DNA from: Somniosus microcephalus
Lineage: Eukaryota
NCBI GenBank assembly: GCA_052327205.1
Contig: CM126228.1
Location: 28,086,001-28,150,000, forward strand
Direction of reading: 5' to 3'
Length of the DNA stretch: 64,000 nucleotides
Positions 35,435 through 47,400 of the stretch are shown here, piece after piece. The translations under genes and the position numbers were made by a program. The notes under the pieces are model-generated. The model did no database searches. It saw only the letters and a program-made list of their open reading frames with translations, and was not told the DNA's origin. Numbering within the stretch: the first letter of the stretch is position 1; the number at the start of each line of letters is the position of its first letter.

Positions 35435-37439
35435 TAATTTTCTTCTGAGAGAATGAAACTCCACATTTGTAAGAGGTAGCTCAGCAATAATGATCATTTA
35501 TCATGCTGTTTAAAAACTCACTTACTCTTGAATGCACTAGCCCTAACTTTTTCAGCCGTTTTTAGTGCGGAGCTAGTGGGCAAGTACCCCAAGTTCACGC
35601 TGTTGCAGTCATTTCAGTGCCGAGTCTGTCGGCGAGGACTGCCACAGTTGACCCTGTGGAGGAGCGGGGTATCTCACAGAAACTTCTGGATTTCTGCATT
35701 TAACTGCGCATGTGCGTACTCCAGAAGTTGCTGTCGGATTTCCTCCATTCTAACGGTGAGCGCTGGTAGCCTCACCATTATTCTCATCGCAAATTCCGGG
35801 CCTATATTTCCACTGCCCGTTGCGTGAAAAGGTGCTTCCTGATTTCACTCCTAAATGGCCCAGCTTTAATTTTGAGATTATGCCCCTCGTTCTGGATTCC
35901 CCACCAGAGAAAATAGTTTCTCTGCATCTACACTGTTGAATCCCTTTATCATGTTAAAAACCTGAATTAGATCGCCCCCTCAATCTTCTAAACTCAAGGG
36001 AAAATGAGGCAAGTTCATGCAACCTGTCCTCCATAATTCATCCCTTTTAAGCCCCGGTTTCATTCTGGTGAATCTGCACTGTATCCTTTCCAAGGCCAAT
36101 ATATCCTTCTTGAGGTGCGGTGCTCAAAAATAAATGGAACACATTATAGCTCGGTACAACTGAAGCATCACTTGCTCCCCTTTTTTATATCCCAGTCTCC
36201 TTGAGATAAAGGCCAACATTTCATTCGCCTTTCTAATTAATTTTTTACTTGTGCACTAGCTTTTTGTGATTTGTGTACTCGGTCACCCAAATCCCATTGC
36301 TCCTCAACACTTCCTGGTCTCTCGCCATTTATAAAATATTCTGATTTGTCATTCTTAGGTCCGAAGTGGATGACCTTACACTTCTCCACATTGCATTCCA
36401 TCTTCCATTTGCCACAGTCTTGCCTGCTCACTTAATCTTTCTATGTCCCATTGTAACATCTACAAAACTGACTGTGCCTCCTAACTTGGTGTCGCCTGCA
36501 AACTTAGATATGCAACTCGCTATTCCTTCATCCAAGTCATTGATATATATGGTTAAAAGCTACAGCCCCAGTACAGGTCCCTCAGGAACAACACTTGTCA
36601 CATTCCGTCAGCCAGAGTACATTCTCTTTATCTCCGCTCTCTGTCTCCTATCTCCCAACCAATTACTGACTCATGTCACAATGTTACCTCCTATTCCATG
36701 TGCTCTCATTTCTGTTGCTAATTTCTTGTGCGGAACTTTATCAAATGCCTTTGGGAAGTCCAAATAGACAACATCCGTAGACCCTCCCCTATCCACCATG
36801 TTAGTGACCTCCTCAGAAAATTCAGCTAGATTAGTCAGACATGACCTACTCTTCTGAAATCAATGGTGACTTTCCCTGATCACCTGATATTTGTCCAAGT
36901 GCTCAGTCACTCTGTCCCTGATGATCGATTCTAGTAACTGGCTGATGTAAAACTGACTGGTCTTGACATTTGGGATTGGTCTATGGTTTCTCAAATACAC
37001 AAATGTTTAGTCCTCTATCTGTAAACATGCATTCCCAATTATAACCTCCAGAAATATATTGAAACATTGAAAGCCAAGTTTCTTTACAAGTTCAAAGTTG
37101 ATATTTTCAATTTCTTAACGCCCACTTTTATACAGTATATAATTATATTCTGAAGAAAACTAACCCCTTTTGTACAAGCTCTTCTGAAATTGGCAAAAGT
37201 TTTTTAGGGGGTATTTTCTGCTTCAGGTGAGAGATGTCAGAAGCCGGAGTGGGTTCAACACTGATTTTTTTTTTCCCGTTTCCTGTATGCTTTGCACCTA
37301 GACCGTGTGTTTTCAACAAAGTGAACTATCCCAAGGCACTCTACAAATGTTTCACCAGACGCAACAGGAAATCTGGAGGAGGGTAGGTGAGGTGGCAAAA
37401 AAACTAGCCAAGGAGGCTTTTGAAAGTGGGGAGATTTTT

Positions 37440-37925
37440 TTCCCCTTGAGATATGGATGATGCCACATTTTATTGTCCACCTGGAGTGTGGACTAGAGTC
37501 ATGCGTAGACCAGACCAGGCAGAGATAGCAGTTTCCCCTCCCCGCAGATCATTGGTGAGCCTGTTGCGTTTTTAATGCTTATGTGCAGCTTTCACTGTAC
37601 TAGCCAAAACATTATCGGATTTATTGAATTCAATTGACGTAAGAAAACTACTAGGCACTTGGTCTAAGCGTTAAACAAAGCTTTAATCAACTGTTTTACA
37701 ACATGGAGGTCTAGTTGTGTCCTTCACTAGTTCCTGTTAAGAATGTCCTGCGCAAGCTGGGCCCGTGCCCGAGTATTTATACTCTCCCTGGACAGCGCCA
37801 TCCGCAGGCCGCTCAGTATTTCATAAGTCTTTCTTTCATCAATTTTACAAATTGCCATTGTGGATATTTAACAGTCAAGCTCTTGTTTGCTAGTCCAGTA
37901 CCGTGACCACTGCACCACTACACCA
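37440..37925 (-). mobile_element. Degraded tRNA-headed SINE (21958 family) interrupted by a solo LTR
   Basis: TTTATTGTCCA tail rc, GAGTCATGCGTAGACCAGACCAGG body rc and TTTGCTAGTCCAGTACC...ACCACTACACC head rc. Confidence 0.55.
37635..37838 (-). mobile_element. Solo LTR, 204 bp
   Basis: TG...CA termini and perfect 5-bp TSD TCAAT (37630-34, 37839-43). On the - strand TATAAATA precedes an ATTAAA signal. Confidence 0.8.
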
Positions 37926-37959
37926 GAAGCAATGGAAATAAGGTAGCAATGGAGGCTGG

Positions 37960-38790
37960 TAATGTGGAGGCAGAAGTAAGAGGCTTTGATGATCCTAGGA
38001 TGTGGGGTTGAAGCTCGGCTCTAGATTGGATCAGGACCCCCAAGGTTTTGCACAGTCTGGTTCAGCCTAAGCAGGTGACCACGGATAAGAATGGACACAG
38101 TGGCATGGGAGCACAGATGTTGGTGCAAGCTGAAAACAAACAAAACCATCTCGACATTCGGTTGGCGGTAATATTGACTTGGCTACGACTTGGTTAGACC
38201 GGCAATCTTAGCAGTGGAGAGGTGATTATGGGGTCCAGGAAAGTGATACAGTTGCAATTTGTAAGCATACATATGGAAGCCGACCTCATACCTAGGAATA
38301 ACATTGCTGATGAGCAGCTTATAATTGAGGAAGAGAGGGGGCAAGGATGTATAATTGGGTGACTCTATTCAGGTGGGAAAAGAAGCAATTTCTGGAGATA
38401 CTCTGGCTGCACTGGGGCATGTAGGGGTGAATCCATGTTGGGGTCGTCCTATGCAGTTGGACAATTGAGGAGAGATGAAGTAGTGGAATGGTATATGAAA
38501 CATCATTGGGAGGTTGAACAGGAATAAGAAATTATTGTGACTTCGGACTTGGTGTTGAGCAGGGTAGGACTGTACCAAATGGATTCAAACAGAGTTTTGG
38601 GAGAAATTGGTACAGAGCTGGAAGGTGACGACACATTTGAAGACCTTAGAGAGGAGGCGGTGGTTAAAGATGGGGTGGTCATTGGGGAGGATGGATTGGT
38701 CGAGGCTGGATTTTTTGAGGAGGAATTGATGGTGGTTTTGAAGGAAAGAAGGATGGTGAATGGGCAAATTATTTGATAAAAAGGCACTGT
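37960..38790 (-). mobile_element. Highly degraded L2-type LINE ORF2 fragment
   Basis: Purine-rich + strand with rc remnants such as CCCCAAGG.TTTGCACAG.CTGGTTCAG and GAGGAAGAGAGGGGCAAGGAT (SVLGPLLF-like). Recognition is partial. Confidence 0.45.
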
Positions 38791-39372
38791 TGAAGTTAGG
38801 TTATAACATGTTTTATTTTATAAAATGCAGAAGCTGCAGTTTAAATTAATGTTTTGTGCCCTATAAGCGGAGAAATTGATTGCTTTATATTTTGATTTCT
38901 TCAGTTTGAGGCTCTTACTGGCTGAAAGGATAGGTGGGAAATCTGCTCCCAGTGCCACTCGAGACATTTACTAGGAGATGCCAAGAATCATCTGGTGTTT
39001 ACAGCCCTATAGATATTTCGTCCCCAGCTGAGGAGCATCTGGCTTTTAGTTGGCACCTCCCCATAGTGGCATGGTTGAGGTCAGGAGCTTCATTTTTTAA
39101 GGAACACCCTTTCACTTCATGGCAACTGTACTATCCCTGCTTCACAACCTACTTGTTCGTGACTCTCTCGCTGCTGGAGTTTTGAAAGAGCGGACTTGAT
39201 AAATGTATTGCTCTGTAGCAAACAAAGCCATAGTGACTGCAGACATGCTTTTGGATTTCCTTCTGTTGCATTAAGCAGCATGTATACATTAACACGTCCT
39301 TGACCCCTTTTTAATAAATTTTAATAAATGGTCTTCGAACTATCTTTTTATTTTTGCTCAAAGTTTTATTTG

Positions 39373-39773
39373 AAACATAGAAACATAGAAGATAGGAGCA
39401 GGAGTAGGCCATTCGGCCCCTCGAGCTTGCTCCGCCATTCAACGAGATCATGGCTGATCATCCAAACCCTAGCACCCGGTCCCTACACCGACAGCCATCC
39501 CACCCAAGCCCTATCCCCGTAACCCTGTGACCCCACGTATTTAATCCCCCCCCCCCTCAACACTAAGGGCCAATTTTTTTTATTTTTTTTATCATGGCCA
39601 ATCAACCTAACCCGCACATCTTTGGACTGTGGGAGGAAACCGGAGCACCCGGAGAAAACTCACGCAAACACGGGGAGAATGTGCAAACTCCACACAGACA
39701 GTCACCCGAGGCCGGATTTGAACCCGGGTCCCTGGCGCTGTGAGGCAACAGTGCTAACCACTATGCCACCGTG
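39373..39773 (-). mobile_element. HE1/V-SINE with an extended CR1-derived tail
   Basis: 39484-39773 is the reverse complement of the 6364 head and core. 39373-39483 is the reverse complement of the young CR1 tail at ~21850-21957. Confidence 0.85.
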
Positions 39774-40739
39774 TAATAATTCTTGCAGCTAAAAAGTACC
39801 TAATTTTTCACGGAGGGTTTTTGTCCCCCACAGATGGTATTTTTGTTAAATATAAGTTCGTAAAATTCTTGGCAGTGGCTTGTCTGCGGGTTTTTTTTTT
39901 GTTAAACCATCTGAAGTCTTTTTAGATTGCTGCATTGCAAGGATGTGCAATACTATAACAAAGTGATTTGTTTTTCTGATAAATGAGCTGCCAATTTGTT
40001 ACAAGATTTTATTCCCCTCCATTTTTAATACTGTCGTAATGGTCATTATTTATAGTTAGTAGCAATCTCTGGGTTTATGGTTGTCAGTAAATATTTTATT
40101 GCTCTAGAATTTGCTCGCATTAACTTTGTGGAATTCAAGCACCAACCTGACCGTGTATTCCATTTCAACGTGTTTTACAGTAAATATCATTATATTTTGA
40201 ATGGTAGTTCTCAGAGGGGAAACTAATACTTCCTATTGTATTTTGGGTTTCCACTGCTGCCTTAAACTGGCTTTCAACACAGTAGTTGAAATCCTATTGG
40301 CAAACCGTAAATTTTCAATTTACACATTTAATTATCTCCTTATGAAATTGTATGTTAAAAGGCAGGAATGGCCAATCTATCAAGATTTAACAAAAAAAAA
40401 GTTTTCTAAAAAAAATAACATGCTGATGGTGGGTTCCGTAACTCTTGTGTTTTAAGATCTAGAGTATTAAGCTGTTGATCGAAAACTGCGTGCAAGTTCT
40501 GTGGAGTCCTTTTTGTATTGCAACGATGAAAGGCAGCACATCCTTTCGGTGCCCTGCATTTTGGGTAGGAAATGCCAGATTCTTTGAGCAAGCGGTAGGG
40601 TTTTTGCTCTGGAGAAGCCTTTGTTGCAGTATGTGATTGGCTTAGCAAGTTGTGGATTCCATCCAGTAGTTCAGATTTGCTCAACCATTTGAGAGAGGAT
40701 TTGAAATTGCATTACTGATATTCTCTCTCTCCCCCTATG

Positions 40740-41360
40740 TCCAGGATACTGTTACACACTCGAAGCAAGTGAACAAACATTAAAAAGGGAGGCAAATATG
40801 ATCCAGGCAAATACAGGCCCATTAGCTGAACGTCAATATTATCTAAAGTAATGGAAACCATTCTATGGAGGAGACTGGAGGAATTTCCTGTAAAGCAACA
40901 GCTTAATAAGAAACAACCAGTATGAATTTAAGAGGAGAGGTCCTGCTGCCAAACACCCTTGATGTCTTTAAGTATGTTGCAAGTAAGCTGGATACTAGAA
41001 TACAGTTTATTTGGACATTCATAAAACCGTTAGGAAGTTTCCACATGAAAGACTTCTAATAAAGCTAAAAACCATGAGAATCCATGGATAAGAAATTGAA
41101 TAAAAATTAGGAAATCGAACATTTGAGAGGTGAAGTGTCGGGGAGGTGTTGAGTGGAATATTGCATGGACCATTCCTCCTCCTTTTCATAAATGACATGA
41201 GTCCAGAATCCAATTGTTAAATTTGTAGATTATCCAGAAATAGGGAGAGCAATAAGGATAACTAATGCAGTAATGATCATTTATGCAATTAAGTGGACAA
41301 TTGACAATAGAAATTTGAAACTGTCAAATTCAAAGTAGTGCAATTCGACAGGAAAGTGAA
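40740..41360 (+). mobile_element. Degraded CR1 RT fragment
   Basis: AAAAAGGGAGGCAAATATGATCCAGGCAAATACAGGCCCATTAGC (KKGGKYDPGKYRPIS), plus decayed QHGF- and FINDL-like motifs downstream. Confidence 0.6.
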
Positions 41361-43769
41361 ACACTTAGAAAAAGAGTGAACTACGTAAAATAGCAAAGCT
41401 GTTTCTGGACAGCAGCCAGAAGACCCTGAAGCATTTGGCCTGTCTAACAGTTGACTTTCTTCCTCTACTTCTAAGTGTAGGCCCCGTCATGTATCTGGTC
41501 TGCCCAAAGGAAACATCAGGCCAATACAAATGACCTGAACTGAGAAATACAGGCACGCTCCGGGCTCGGGTTGGACAAAGCAAACCACTGTTCGGATACT
41601 CTCCGCCTGATTTTTCCCAGGCAGTGAGCTGGGAGTGAGGGGGAGGGAGGAAGATGGGGTGGCGGGAGTGGCCAGAGAGAGGAAAATCTGTACCAAAAGT
41701 CTAAGGAAATTAAAGATTTTGGAAAAAATATCTTTATTCCAAAGTTGATCATCTTTCAAGTCGTGTATCAGGTAGAGGTAATAGAGTCATAGACATTGGG
41801 AGGCATTCAAAGAGTGATTCTGTACCGGGCATTTCGAGAGGGATGGGCAGAAAAGTCTGCTCATCATTGACTTTTTCTTATAGTGCCCACCTCTCTGATT
41901 CCGCATCTATGCCTTTTCCTTTCCGTTCGGTTCTCTACTACCTCTTAATATTTCCTGCCTTATGGGATAAACACTCTGTAAATGTGTGTTAAACTATACT
42001 TCTTCCTTCTGGTCCTGTCGGTGTCACATCTGGTGATTTAAAAAAAAAAAAAAAAAATTGCTTAATATTGTCATTCAAGAATTATTTTTGAAATTTGCGT
42101 TGAATTAGTGTATAATAAGTTACCAGTCTGTCTGAATAAAGAGGGGCGGAATAGTTCCTTTAATGCCATTTTGACGTTTTTGTGTCATTGTTGTATACTA
42201 TCATGTGATCACGTTCAATTTCCTGCCTTTATCCTGCACAAGGGACATGGGGATAATGTGACGATAGGCTTGTCACTGCCAATGCCAAGCCAGCCAAAAA
42301 CTCCAATGCCCAAGGTGACATCCCAGTCACCAGAGGACATTTGGAAGGGTAGGTAAGTGAGGAACTGTATTTTGTTCAGTACATTTATTGGCCACTATTT
42401 TATCTTCTTTGTCTAACAATTTCAGTTGTCCAGCTTAGAGAATAAATTATATTAACGCTGTACAGCTGCTGTGTTTAATTCGTGAGGAAAATGGTTGCTT
42501 GGATTAACAAACCGCATGAATCCAGCCTCTCGTACTTTTTCAAAGATGATCTATTTTAATGGCACTTGACAATAGAAGTACAAAAGTGACAATAAATACT
42601 AAAGTACAGTAATGTGTTTTTGGTTTGGCTAAAAAGAATATTCTTTGAGGATATTAATCACATATGGTTAGTCTGTTTAAATGGTTGAGTTCATTAAGCG
42701 TGTCATTTTAATAATGATGTTAAATTAGTTTTAGATTACAATTTCATTTGTTGGGGGATGGGAACAGATCTAACACATTTGAGGTGCAGTTAGAATTCTT
42801 TGTTGACTGCAAGATTTAATTGCAGGATACTTAATGCAAAATGTAGTTCCATAAAAAAGCATTGAGAGTTGAATTTTTGTATTACTTTCCTTGAAGAGAA
42901 AAGGCTTTTGAGATCCTAATGAATTTTATGTATCTGTCAAAATATATATGAAGACAGTAAATTGCTGATTAAAAAATTGGAAGCAACACTCAAATATTAG
43001 GGCAACAAAACTTGCATAGTAGCAATGTAAATGTGTAATAGTCACCCTAGTCAAGAAAGAAGTTTTTGTTTGTGTTCCTTTTTAGTGGGAGTCAGAATTG
43101 ATGTTTAGCCCTCATTGAGTGGAAGATTGCAGATTATTTAAGAAAAAAAAATTAACAATTTTTTAGTCATTTTAATGTTGACCTAATATACAGTATTTAA
43201 CATTTTGATTAACGTATCATGAATGATCTTAAAGGCACCCCCTCATCATTTGAACAGAACCGTAATCATTATAAGCAAAATGGAAGACCGCCCTCTGCTC
43301 GAGTGTAATAGAAAGCATTGATCAGTGCTCCGACTAGAAAAGATTGCTACCATGGATACTGACTAGATCCTGCCTTTGCCTACAAGCCATGGTGGTCCTG
43401 GGAGGAGGAAACTTGGTACCTTATTTGTTCATCAGTCTTGCTTTTAACCATGTTGACTTCTCCTATTTAAAAAAAAAAAGTATTTAAAAAACAAATCACT
43501 GCTTTCTCGTATAACCTTACTCAATCCCAGTCCAAATGATGTAATCATTTCTAACCTGGGATATTTTAACAGTGAATGTCCGGCTAAAATCTACAGTTTT
43601 GAAAAGCTCTGATACAGAAACACTTTTAATGATACTGAACAATTATATTGAGGACGAGTGACTAATTCAGTAAATAATTTCACAAGTGAGCTTGTAGCAA
43701 TTGCCTTGGAGCAATTAAGTTGTAAATGGATTATAGTTGGCAAATAGATGCATTTCTATTGTTACCTAT

Positions 43770-44460
43770 TCAGCCATATTATTCTGTTTATACAATGTTC
43801 ATTTTTGCTTATAATAATCAAATGTACTAAGGAATAGCAAATGGGGGTTTTTAACTTTAGATCTAGACATAAGGTACTGCTTATTAGAGCAGGGAATCGA
43901 AAATGTTCATATGATGGAGTGTCCGCTAATAAAAATGATAAGAGTGTAATTGTTGATTGTTCATTGAAAGTATCCAGGCAATATGAATCCGCAACAACAG
44001 GAATGCATCGCCAGCATATTTGATTACACTTCAAAACATTAATCTTGTGGAGATCACTGAGGCCATATTGGAACTTTGGGGTATTGCTGCACTGGAGAGG
44101 TTTCAGAGAAGACCAATGTGAATAATTCTGGGATGCAGGAATGCAGAGAGATTAACAGAGCTGCACTGTTTTCCACCAAAGAACAGAAGATTGAGAGGGG
44201 CATGAGAGGCATAGATGATGCAACTGTAAACCGCTTATTTGATTCGACAGTGAGCACAGGATGGAAAAAATACAAATGCAGAATTAAATGTCTCAAGTGT
44301 GACTAGAAATTAAATGAACTTGAAAGCAGTTAGTGATGTGTCAATTTAACTCTTGGGGTTGGGGCGGGGGGAGGGTGGGGTGGTCAAGAACTCAATAAGT
44401 ATCTTGTTCGGAACATGATTAATGGCTCCAAGCATAGATTGGGATATGATTGGGGGCATG
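43770..44460 (+). mobile_element. Degraded CR1 3' fragment
   Basis: Decayed remnants of the CR1 C-terminal motifs RPHLEY and ERVQRR (GAGGCCATATTGGAAC, GGAGAGGTTTCAGAGAAG) and a tail-like segment. Boundaries are approximate. Confidence 0.4.
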
Positions 44461-47400
44461 ATGGTTTCTATGCTGTAGGGATAGGGTTGTTGCCTTTTGA
44501 GGGCCGTTTGAATAATGGAAATGGGGTGGTGGGCTGCTGGATATGTATATTGCAGTTTGCTTTATTACCTTTGGGAATGAGAGTACTGAGTAAAAAGTTC
44601 CATCGGGAGATTAAAATAGGTGGGATAGACTCCTTGACTTTACGTCAGTGTGAAGCATTTTGATTGCGCATCAGGGCAAAAGTTGTGACCTAACTTGGGA
44701 GTCGGGTTGCAATCTGGCTCGTGAACGCAGTAATACTCGGCTGTGTGCCACCTCCAGAAGGTGGCATGTAATTCCAGTCTGACATGAATTTAAAATGTGC
44801 TTAGGTGGTTGATCTGAGCTCCTGTGCACTTTATAAGCTTAGGATTGAGTCTTTTTAACGAAATGAGAATGCAGATGCTGAAACCTATTCTAACAAATAG
44901 CAGCGGGGAACATAGTTTTGTACTTGGGCAGAATTTGAGTAGTTATACACCAAAAATTGAGTCATGCTGGCTGCACTTCACATTGCTACCGCTCTCCGAC
45001 TGGTAACGTATTATAACTGCAGCCCATATGGGGTAGAGTTACATGGCCTGTAACGGGAAAGAATTTGATACTTTAAGGAGATTGTTTTGTGTTTTCTGAT
45101 GTTGATGCACTGCAGAAGGGACTGGCCACCATCTTAAAAATCCCATAAGTGGGAGTTGACTATAAATTCACAGAAATTTCTTGTGCCAAGTTCTGAATTT
45201 ATTGAGAATTGATTTGTGTTGGGTTTAGTTATAGGTCTCAATTGAACTGAAACATAACACGTTCATTTTTCTGCAACACTCATGTAAACTTGAAGTTCTC
45301 CTTGTACATCAGCTGATGTTCTTGTCAAAGAGCGGCGGTGATGGTTTCTTGGAATTTATGTTGAAATTGAGCAACTTAAAAAAATTTTTTTTTAAAGTAG
45401 AACCTCCAATTCTCGCTACTGAAACCAGATACGAGAAGAATGTAGATAATCCAATACAGGTTTTTACTTGGAAAGCTATTGAAGGTAGACTGAAGTGTAA
45501 AAGGAAGAGTTTTTCGGGATTGCGGTAAAGTGGGGTGATTTATCGCTAACGTTTTTGGACTTCATGAAACCAGATGGTGCGCTAATGGCGAATTTCAAAC
45601 AGGATCATTTCAAATTGAGGAGGAGATGGTGAAAGCACAAAATGGTGGTATACATACATTACCATAGAGAGCAGTGCCGTTTCCAACCGACTACTATTCC
45701 ATCTCCTTGAATAGCAATATTTATTTGTAGCTTGAGCTAGCAGAGACAATTAAGACAGTAGTACATTGATTTTTCAACGGGTGCTGCATCTCCGCAAAAT
45801 TTTTCGTTGTGGATAGGAAATTTAAATACAAAGCTGTGCCTACCTATGAATAAATCATCACAGCAAAGGTTGAAATGTTTTGTTGAATTATGTATAACCA
45901 CCAAAATCCCCCAAGTCCAACTGGAATCCAAGACTTAGTTTCAAGCAAGAGCATAAGAGGAACTGCGATTGTCATGAAGTAAAATAATGAATGTAATTGG
46001 GTTGCTAAAGGACAGAATTGCCGAGGATGAATATTGTAGCTGAAGTATATTGAGCTGGAGGGAATAAGTGTAGGAAAGTGATTGTTTTTAAGCAGTGTGG
46101 TGGGATATAGTGAATTACGATACAAGAGATTACTGGCATTAAACAGCCATTCCTCTACTTAATAAGAAAATGAAATAGAATTTGAATGTCTAGCTATCCA
46201 AATCAAGGAAAAATGAACAATAAACCTTTTACAAGTGATGATTTGAAATAACTTATTTAAGCTCAGACTAGTTAATGAACATATAATGAACCACTGGCCA
46301 CTTTCTGCTGTGGCAGGGAACAGAAAATGGGCTTGAGATTAAAAAAAACCTTGTACAATAATATCATTGCATAAGTGGCATAATGAAGAAATAAGGAGCC
46401 TGCTGGTAATTGAGTGTATAATCTCCAACTGCTTGCAGTAAAGAAGGAATACACTTATCGTCTTGGAGGACAACAGTGACAACTTGTCACAGTGGGTATT
46501 AAATATCTCCATTAAAGGCTTCTCTCGCAGGCCTACACACGCACTGCTTTGAAGGTGCAAATGAAGAGTCCGAAGCACAGCACAGGAGATGATGATCTCC
46601 ATTCTTGTGCATTAATGGAAGTGATACCAGAGTGTTGCTGAGCTCCGGCAACCATTCGTTTCTGGAAGAGGTGGGGCAGGAAATGTGTGACAATTTGTAA
46701 TGTTGCTTGCAGTATCTATTAGAAAGAAATAAACTCTTACATTGTTACAGCGTTATATAATATAAATTGGAACATTTTCACGGAGGGTCCTGATCCAGTG
46801 TACCAATAGTACCTTTATGCGGGCCATCGAATGCTTTCATTTCTTTCCCAAGATGATGAGACTTTTTCTCTCGCAAGTATGTGTTAATAGAAATGTAAGC
46901 AATCCTATTTAAATGGCTGTGTTGGAGTGAACATTGAGTTGCTCTGCTGTTAAACCACTTCCTGTGGAAGGCTTCAGTATGTCATTCAAAATTATTGTGA
47001 CCAAATTGTGGGAATGACCTTTTAATTCCTTCATTGGTGATTATGGGAATGGTAGTGTGGTGGTTATGAGAATGGTAGCGTAGTGGTAATGTCACTGGGC
47101 TAGTAATCCAGAGACGTGAGTTCAAATCCCACCACGGCAGCTGGGGAATTTAAATTCAGTTAATTAAATAAATCTGGAATAAAAAGCTAGTATCAGTAAT
47201 GGTAACTATCGGATTGTTGTAAAAACCCATCTGGTTGACTAATGTCCTTTTATGGGAAGGAAATCTGCCGTCCTTACCTGGTCTGGCCTATATGTGACTC
47301 CAGACCCACAGCAATGTGGTTGACTCTTAACTGCCCTCTGAAATGGCCCAGCGAGACACTCAGTTTTAACTAACCGCTACAAAACAAAATAATAAGAATG

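Larger units (their letters stand above)
34059..35802. mobile_element. Outer Harbinger-like MITE of the nest
   Basis: Ends AACCCAGATTTTGC / rc GGCCCGGAATTTGC; TAT on both sides (34056-58, 35803-05). CR1 sequence is continuous across it. Confidence 0.65.
33853..36965 (-). mobile_element. CR1 LINE 3' portion (RT C-terminal half to tail), interrupted at 34059-35802
   Basis: Tail AACATAGGAACAGGAGTA at 33853. The element resumes at 35806, and the minus peptide WKMECNVEKCKVIHFG...EEQWDLG (36237-36431) is CR1 RT. Confidence 0.85.
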
